In this document: positions 56,600 through 64,000 of the stretch, one piece after another | How the letters are laid out: each line of letters starts with the position of its first letter | Numbering within the stretch: position 1 is the stretch's first letter | Assembly: GCA_028534125.1 (NCBI GenBank) | Contig: CM052821.1 | Coordinates: 56,730,001-56,794,000 of the forward strand | DNA: 64,000 nt | DNA from: Lama glama | Taxonomy: Eukaryota | Direction: 5' to 3' | Notes under the pieces: model-generated | What the model was told of the DNA's origin: nothing | Databases searched by the model: none | What the model saw: the letters and a program-made list of their open reading frames with translations, nothing else | Translations under genes and position numbers: made by a program

Positions 56600-58013
56600 N
56601 NNNNNNNNNNNNNNNNNNNNNNNNNNNNNNNNNNNNNNNNNNNNNNNNNNNNNNNNNNNNNNNNNNNNNNNNNNNNNNNNNNNNNNNNNNNNNNNNNNNN
56701 NNNNNNNNNNNNNNNNNNNNNNNNNNNNNNNNNNNNNNNNNNNNNNNNNNNNNNNNNNNNNNNNNNNNNNNNNNNNNNNNNNNNNNNNNNNNNNNNNNNN
56801 NNNNNNNNNNNNNNNNNNNNNNNNNNNNNNNNNNNNNNNNNNNNNNNNNNNNNNNNNNNNNNNNNNNNNNNNNNNNNNNNNNNNNNNNNNNNNNNNNNNN
56901 NNNNNNNNNNNNNNNNNNNNNNNNNNNNNNNNNNNNNNNNNNNNNNNNNNNNNNNNNNNNNNNNNNNNNNNNNNNNNNNNNNNNNCACAAACACATACAC
57001 ACACATACACACACACATACACACGNNNNNNNNNNNNNNNNNNNNNNNNNNNNNNNNNNNNNNNNNNNNNNNNNNNNNNNNNNNNNNNNNNNNNNNNNNN
57101 NNNNNNNNNNNNNNNNNNNNNNNNNNNNNNNNNNNNNNNNNNNNNNNNNNNNNNNNNNNNNNNNNNNNNNNNNNNNNNNNNNNNNNNNNNNNNNNNNNNN
57201 NNNNNNNNNNNNNNNNNNNNNNNNNNNNNNNNNNNNNNNNNNNNNNNNNNNNNNNNNNNNNNNNNNNNNNNNNNNNNNNNNNNNNNNNNNNNNNNNNNNN
57301 NNNNNNNNNNNNNNNNNNNNNNNNNNNNNNNNNNNNNNNNNNNNNNNNNNNNNNNNNNNNNNNNNNNNNNNNNNNNNNNNNNNNNNNNNNNNNNNNNNNN
57401 NNNNNNNNNNNNNNNNNNNNNNNNNNNNNNNNNNNNNNNNNNNNNNNNNNNNNNNNNNNNNNNNNNNNNNNNNNNNNNNNNNNNNNNNNNNNNNNNNNNN
57501 NNNNNNNNNNNNNNNNNNNNNNNNNNNNNNNNNNNNNNNNNNNNNNNNNNNNNNNNNNNNNNNNNNNNNNNNNNNNNNNNNNNNNNNNNNNNNNNNNNNN
57601 NNNNNNNNNNNNNNNNNNNNNNNNNNNNNNNNNNNNNNNNNNNNNNNNNNNNNNNNNNNNNNNNNNNNNNNNNNNNNNNNNNNNNNNNNNNNNNNNNNNN
57701 NNNNNNNNNNNNNNNNNNNNNNNNNNNNNNNNNNNNNNNNNNNNNNNNNNNNNNNNNNNNNNNNNNNNNNNNNNNNNNNNNNNNNNNNNNNNNNNNNNNN
57801 NNNNNNNNNNNNNNNNNNNNNNNNNNNNNNNNNNNNNNNNNNNNNNNNNNNNNNNNNNNNNNNNNNNNNNNNNNNNNNNNNNNNNNNNNNNNNNNNNNNN
57901 NNNNNNNNNNNNNNNNNNNNNNNNNNNNNNNNNNNNNNNNNNNNNNNNNNNNNNNNNNNNNNNNNNNNNNNNNNNNNNNNNNNNNNNNNNNNNNNNNNNN
58001 NNNNNNNNNNNNN
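56600..58013. other. Assembly gaps (56600-56985 and 57026-58013)
   Basis: N runs. Confidence 1.
56986..57025. repeat. (CA)n-type microsatellite fragment between gaps
   Basis: cacaaacacatacacacacatacac... Confidence 0.8.
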
Positions 58014-58759
58014 AGGCAGTTAACACAGACAGCTCACTCTGGGAAAGCCACAGGCTAGGCTGTATTCTCGCAGAGCAGCGGGGAAAGCCAAGACGGTGGA
58101 GCGCTGCCTCCAACGTGCTGCGAGAAAGTCGCTGGCAACCTGGCCTCCTTGTACAGACAGTCTGTCTCTTTCAAGAGTAAGCATGCGAAAAATTTTTAAA
58201 AAAGGAGAGATTCCAGATTGAAAGTTCGGGTCTTGTGGAGGGTGAAGTGGCAGTGACACTAAGGCGGGTGGAGGCAGGAACAAAACAACAGAATTAACTG
58301 CAGGACAACAAGAGAGAGCAGTCAGGAGTGCGGCCTCAAGTTCTCCAAGCCTGAAGGCCAGTGCACTGTCCGGGTGGGAGTAAAAGTGTGGTCTTCTCAA
58401 CGTTAGACTCTGATAACCTCACCATGTAACTAGTATTTCCTGGGCAGCCACTGAAAGACCAGAAACAGAGTGTGTAACCTCCAAACTAGAAGACGGAATC
58501 ACTGAAACGAGAAAAAAATAACGAACACAGCGAAAGAACAAAGAGAAAAAGGAACATGAAATGGAGGAGAATAAACAGAAATCAAACGCAATCAGACGCC
58601 AACCTGGTTGCCAGGCTCCAGGACGGCCCCCAGCGACCCTGTCTCTGGCATCCGTGCCCTTGGGCAGGCCCCTCCGATGCTGTGTCAGGATTGGTGTGTG
58701 ACCAGCAGAATGAGCGGCGGGTGACTTCTCAGGCCGGCCTACAGAAGCCATGAGACTCC

Positions 58760-59050
58760 AGTCTGTCGAATCCCTGCTCTGGAGGAAGCTCCGTCATGCT
58801 GTGAGGTCACTCAGGCAGCCCTTTGGAGAGGCCCACGTGGCCAGGGAGCGAGGCCTCCAGCCACAGCCGTCAGCCGTGTGAGCCAGCCGTCGCGGAAGTG
58901 GCTGCCCCGCCCCGGTCAGGCCTTCAGATGACGCAGCTTGGCCGAGGCCTGGAGCCAGTACCACAAGGTGAATCCTGAGCCTCTGCAATGTGTGGGATGA
59001 TTCGTGTGTGTTGTTCGGGGGTGATCTGGTGTGCAGAATCCTCGTACAGG
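58760..59050 (+). mobile_element. MLT1-like (MaLR) LTR remnant
   Basis: ggagaggcccacgtggccagggagcgaggcctccagccacagcc...ggccttcagatgacgcagc. Confidence 0.65.
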
Positions 59051-62000
59051 TGTACATATATGATCACATGACCACTAGGTGCACTGGTTAGAAGACTGTG
59101 GTCAGTCTGAATTTAGAAGGTCAAATTTTATGCAGATAAACATCTGAGATGTCAGACTAGAGAATGGTCCAGAGGAAAAAACATACCAGATAAATTCTAA
59201 GCAAAATAAAATTAATAACAGAGTCTGAAGAAATATGAAGCCAAAGTGGACAGGATCTTAAGAAACTGAAGCATCCCCGAAGATTCTTATCATACTTGGC
59301 TTAGTAACTGATGGAAGCAGCAGACAGGAAGTGTCAGTAAGAATGTGAGAGGTTTGAACAACACAGCAAACAAACCTGACCCCACTTCTGATAACCAACA
59401 ACTGCAGAGCACACATTTTCAAGCACCAAGGAGCCCTGACTGCATAAAGCACCCACAACAAACGTCTGTGTGTCGAAGTGACACAGACGATGGTGTCCGA
59501 TCAAAATACAGTTACACCAACAAGAAAATACAGCCTAACTCTAAAACCTGACACTAACGCACTTACAGGAAACCAATGTCTACGTAACTTAGAGATCAGA
59601 GAAATAATTGTAATGAAAGTTAGAAGACACTGACTTGAATAATACTGAAAATACTACATTAAAAATTTCATACGCAGCTGAAGCAGAAAACAAAGGAAAA
59701 TTGCCATTCTTAAATACATTTAATGTATTAAAAAGAAGAAATGCTGAAAACTACGAACCAACCATCGAGTTCAGGAAGTTAGAAAAAGAACAAACCCAAA
59801 GAATAAAAATCAAGCAAAAGTAAGCGAATGGAAAGTCCAGCCAAACTGGAGGCTGGTTCTCGAGAAGCCGGATAAAGGGGTGCGCCCCGGTGACGCTGAT
59901 GGGGGCGCAGTGTTAGACGCGAAAGTGAGGCATCACTGCTCGCCCCCAGAGATTACAGACAGCAAAGGAAGACAAGGTCCGTTTCCCACTCACGCATCGG
60001 CCAAGCCACTGACGTGAACAGGGTGAGGCGACCATCTCCACAGAGTCAGGAAAAACACCCAGTAAGTTGTGTCATTCTTGATTGAAAAAAGAAAGAGAAA
60101 AGGCAGGAAGGAAGGAAGAGAGGGAAGACGGAGGGAAGGAGGCAACTCTCAGTGAACAGGCCGCGGCGGGAGCAGCCGCCCTCTGACGGTGTGCGTCTGT
60201 GAAGCCTTCCAGCTGGCCTGGTGGACGGGCTCCCGCCCCGCTCAGCCCTGGCGCGTCCAGCCAGGGCATCCACAACCTGCCAGGACCAGGGGGTGTGTTC
60301 ACAACACTGCGGGCTGCAGGGTCAGCAGACAAACGCCGATGAGATGCTCAACATGTAAGCACGGATAACTGGGAAATAAAATTTAAAACACTATTTATGT
60401 CACTGACATGCAGAATCTTTAAATAAAAAAAAGTCAAACTCATAGAAACGGAGTAGAAAAGTGGCTGCCAGGGTCTGGGGGCGGGGGAAACAGGGAGAGG
60501 TCAGGGAAAAGGAGGAAACACTCAGCCACGAGCGACGAAGGCCTGAGAACCGGCTGTCAGACATAGCGACCAGGCCGCAGGCAGGGCATCACTGAAACTT
60601 GCTAAGAGTGGATCTTAAACGTTCTCACCAAGAAAAAAATTTATTAAAGTATCAAAATGTACTAATAAAGACACATTTATAGAAGTGTCAAATATATCAA
60701 ATGCATAGGAATAAATATCAAATTTTAAATGGAAAAACCTCCATGCTAAAAATATTGCTTAGGAAAACTAAAGAATGCGTGAATTAGTGTTGAGACGCAT
60801 CACGACATGGACTGGAGGTCTCGGTGCTGTAACGAAGCCACTTCTTCCTAAAATGATCGACAGAGTAGACGTGGTTCCAATCGCAACACACCAGGCTGTT
60901 TCTGTAGAAGTCTACAGACTGATTCTAAAAGTTACACGGAAGCTCGAAACACAGAACAGCCCCGGAGGCCTCGGGAAGGAAGCTGCTGGGGAACTTAACT
61001 ACTGCTTTTCAAAACTTACCTCGAAGCTGCAGTAATTAAGAATGAACGGTGGTCTTGGCATGAGGATACGCCAGTAACTGATGGCACAGAACCGAGAACC
61101 CAGAATTCATTCCAGAGAGTGTTTTTGACAAAGACGCCAAAGCAATTCCACGGGAGAAAGCAAAGTCTTCAACGCCGGTGCTGGGTCAGCTGGCACTTGA
61201 CACCTGCTCAAAAACTAACTCAGGATAGATCAGAGACCCAGATGGGAAAGTCAACACCATGCAGCTTCTAGGAGACCTAGGAGACTGTCTTTATGGCTGC
61301 GGGGGAAGCAGGGTTTCCTTAGGCAGGGTGCCCAAAGCACTAGCCACAAAAGGAAAGCTGATGAATCGCACTTCATGAAACATTTCTACTCTTCAAAAGG
61401 CCTCACTAAGAAAGTGAAAACAGAAACCACAGACTGGGAGGAAATATTACCAATACACATATATGAGAAATGAATATACAGAATATATAAAAACCACAGC
61501 AAATAAATAACGAAAGACAAAGGACCTAATTTAAAAATGGGTAGAAGGCTTCAACAGGCACTCACAGGGAAGGACAAGAGCGGCCAGTGAACAGAAAGCA
61601 CAGTGCTCAGTGTGACTGGGCGCCAGGGGACAAAGCACAACCGCGACGAGAGATCAGCACACCCACCCCCACCAGCCTGGCTGAAAGCAGGACGTGACGA
61701 TTCCGAGTGCTGGCGAGGACCTGGGGCCACCCCCAGCTCTCACGCTGCTGGGGGGACCGACACGTCGCAACCACTCAGGGAGACGGCTTGGCAGCTTCTT
61801 CTAAAGCAAGGTCTGAGTGTCCCCCATGGCCTGTGGCGCCACCCCGGGTACAGAACCAGGAGAAAGGATGCACGCGTCCAGTGGAGGCTTGCGCCGGGGT
61901 GGCAGGGCACCTGCATTTGGGACAGTCCTGAAGGGGAGGTAACCTGCCTTCCATTCACAGCTCAAGCACACGCACTGGGGCACACTCACACAACCAGATG

Positions 62001-62339
62001 CTGCTCGGCAGGGAAAATGGTGCAGGATGGATGCACTCAGCGTGGCGAAGGAGGACGGACACAGAGGAGCCTGGCCGTGTGCATCCACGAGTGACACCGC
62101 AGCCTGTGTGGACTTAACTCAGACAGCGGCCACCCCAAGGGCAGGAGGTAAAGGGGATGGGGCACAGGGACTTTCCGAAGTGAGCAGTGTCACCTGTCTT
62201 GATCGGGGTGGCGATCGGACATGCAAACACGTCACCCTGTGTCTACGTAAGACCCAAACTTACCGTTCGGAAGTTGTGCCTTAAGAATAACCACTGTGTA
62301 AAGAGAAATAGTATTTACTGTGACATAAAAAGCCATCAA

Positions 62340-62545
62340 ATAACAAACTATTATATACAGAATAAACAACAAGGTCCTACTGTGCAGCACAGGGAACTAC
62401 ACTGAATACCTTGCAATAGCCTGTGATGAAAAAGAATATGAAAAGAAGTGTATGAATGCATAACTGAATTGCTCTGCTGTACATCTGAAACTAACACCAC
62501 ATTGTAAACTGACTATAGTTCAATCAAAAAAAAAAAAAAACCAAA
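62340..62545 (+). mobile_element. Young 5'-truncated artiodactyl-type L1 3' end with poly(A)
   Basis: aacaacaaggtcctactgtgcagcacagggaactac...gaaactaacaccacattgtaaactgactat followed by an A-tail. Confidence 0.8.
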
Positions 62546-62849
62546 AAACCAAATAGCCAGGGGAAAAAAAGTCTACTAAAAGATATGCCAGACCTCTACC
62601 CTGAAAAACCACGAAACACGACTGAGAGAAAATCAAAGATGCCCGGATTGAATGGAGTTGATGTGATGGCGGCTTGAAAGACTCAAAGTAGGAAGCTGTG
62701 AGGTCTCCTCTCTGCAGTTCAAGGTGACCCGTCAAAACCCCGGCAGTTTGTCTCCCCTCCCTCCCTCCCTCCCTCTCTCCCTCTCCTTTTTCCCTTCTCT
62801 CGAGGTTGACAGGCTGACCTTGGCATCTATATGGAAACGCAAGGGGCAG

Positions 62850-64000
62850 AGAGCCACAACAGCTGCTGGGGCAGAGCGTGCCTCCCGCGCTGCTGGCGGC
62901 GCGGCCCGGGTGACCTGCTGTCACCCACGGACGGTGCGGCACAGGCTGCAAGCACCTGGCCTGTTGCCTGGCTGTCATGAGACACACACACCCTGGGCAG
63001 CCCTGGCGCGAGGACGAGAGTCATGCGGTGCTGGCCGGAACCCAACCGGCAGCCTGGCAGCAAGTGCCGCCAGTCCCGCTGAAGCCCCCCAGCCGAGGCC
63101 GCGGGACTGGATAGGTCGCAGGGTGCCCCGCGCCACCCCCGCAGCGCAAGCCGACGCGGACGCACGAAGGCCTAGAATAACCCCAGACAGGTGGTGACGG
63201 CGTCAGAGCCAGCCCGCGGGGGGCGAGCAAAGGCTGGGGCGCTGGGACCCCCCGTCACCCGCGGCGCGGCGGGGAGGGCCCACAGCCTTCTCCTCTTGCG
63301 GGAGGGCCGACAGGAGGCGAGTCCTCGCGTCCCGGCGCCCGCCCGAGCAAGGCAACCCGAGCACGTGCAGCGCGCGCGGCAGCGGGCTGGCGGCCGGCAG
63401 AGTCGCGGGCGCGGCGCTCGCCTTCCCTGAGGGGCCCTCGGGCTCGGCGGTGTGCACCCCGAGCGGCCCGGCAGCCTCGCCTGGAGCTGCCGCGGGAGCA
63501 GCGCCGGTGCCCACGGGCCGGAGGCGCCTGCGCCCCGAGTCCCCTCCTCGGGGCTGCGTGGGCCCCTGGAGGGGATGGAGCTGCTGGCCAGCTGCCTTCT
63601 GTCCTTCCTGCGAACCGGCCACGCGGCCCGACGAGGGCCCGGGGGTCGGAGCGTCTGGCGGAGCCCGAAGGACCCGATGTTGGGAGGCGGCGCCGCAGGG
63701 AGGAGGTGGGCGCGCGGAGGGCGGCGGAACCGGCGGGCTGGGGGATGCGGCCCCTGCAGAGCCGCGCCTGGAGACGGGTTCTCACCCTAGTCCAGCAGCA
63801 CACGAAATCCAGAACCGCTTCCCGTCAGAAAGGCCTCGGGGGGGGGGGCTCAGCGTCCTGACCGGGCGGAGGGCCGGCTGCCCCGCCCTCTGGCCGCCGC
63901 TCAGAAGGGGCTGCCGTGGTGGCTTCCGCCGGACAGGAGGCTCCCGGAGGGTCCAGGGGCCGGTGGAGAGAAGGGTGCGTTTGGAAAACGAATGTGGGAG
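62850..64000. other. Intragenic CpG island (within the presumed last TTLL8 intron)
   Basis: Very high CpG density directly continuing an L1 ORF2 remnant. Confidence 0.6.

Larger units (their letters stand above)
55450..62330 (+). mobile_element. Cluster of fragmented old L1M elements with nested insertions and gaps
   Basis: ORF1- and ORF2-like A-rich segments (e.g. 59560-59830, 60700-61600) and an L1MA-like 3' end at ~60400-60635. Confidence 0.65.

Noticed and set aside
56434-58113. Long ORFs containing X runs (also 27260-28096 and 39987-40439)
   Set aside because: Artefacts of translating through N gaps.
63203-63803. Minus-strand ORFs as a possible penultimate TTLL8 exon
   Set aside because: No convincing similarity to TTLL8 as recalled and no clear splice pair; better explained as GC-shifted intronic or L1 sequence.

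Overview
Mammalian GC-rich genomic DNA, probably from a camelid: a vic-1-like tRNA-derived SINE lies at ~42.1 kb and an artiodactyl-type L1 3' end at ~62.3 kb. The window is syntenic to the PIM3 - IL17REL - TTLL8 segment of human 22q13.33. It holds a complete 6-exon PIM3 kinase gene (+, CDS 22824-24705, 326 aa) in a CpG island. It also holds a hand-reconstructed 16-exon IL17REL gene (-, CDS 50992-33432, ~470 aa) with a signal peptide and no transmembrane or SEFIR domain, and the probable terminal exon of TTLL8 (-, 52987-52824). The remainder is a ~22 kb motif-rich upstream region of PIM3, orphan CpG islands, old LINE/LTR/SINE remnants and four assembly gaps. I found no wholly new gene system. 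The best leads are: (i) a full-length secreted IL17REL with an internal cryptic acceptor that switches the C-terminus into a second stop-free frame; (ii) an in-frame CUG/UUG extension of PIM3; (iii) several compact enhancer-like motif modules upstream of PIM3; (iv) an L1 remnant apparently GC-converted into a CpG island. Comparisons with human proteins and repeat families are from memory, not from a database search.
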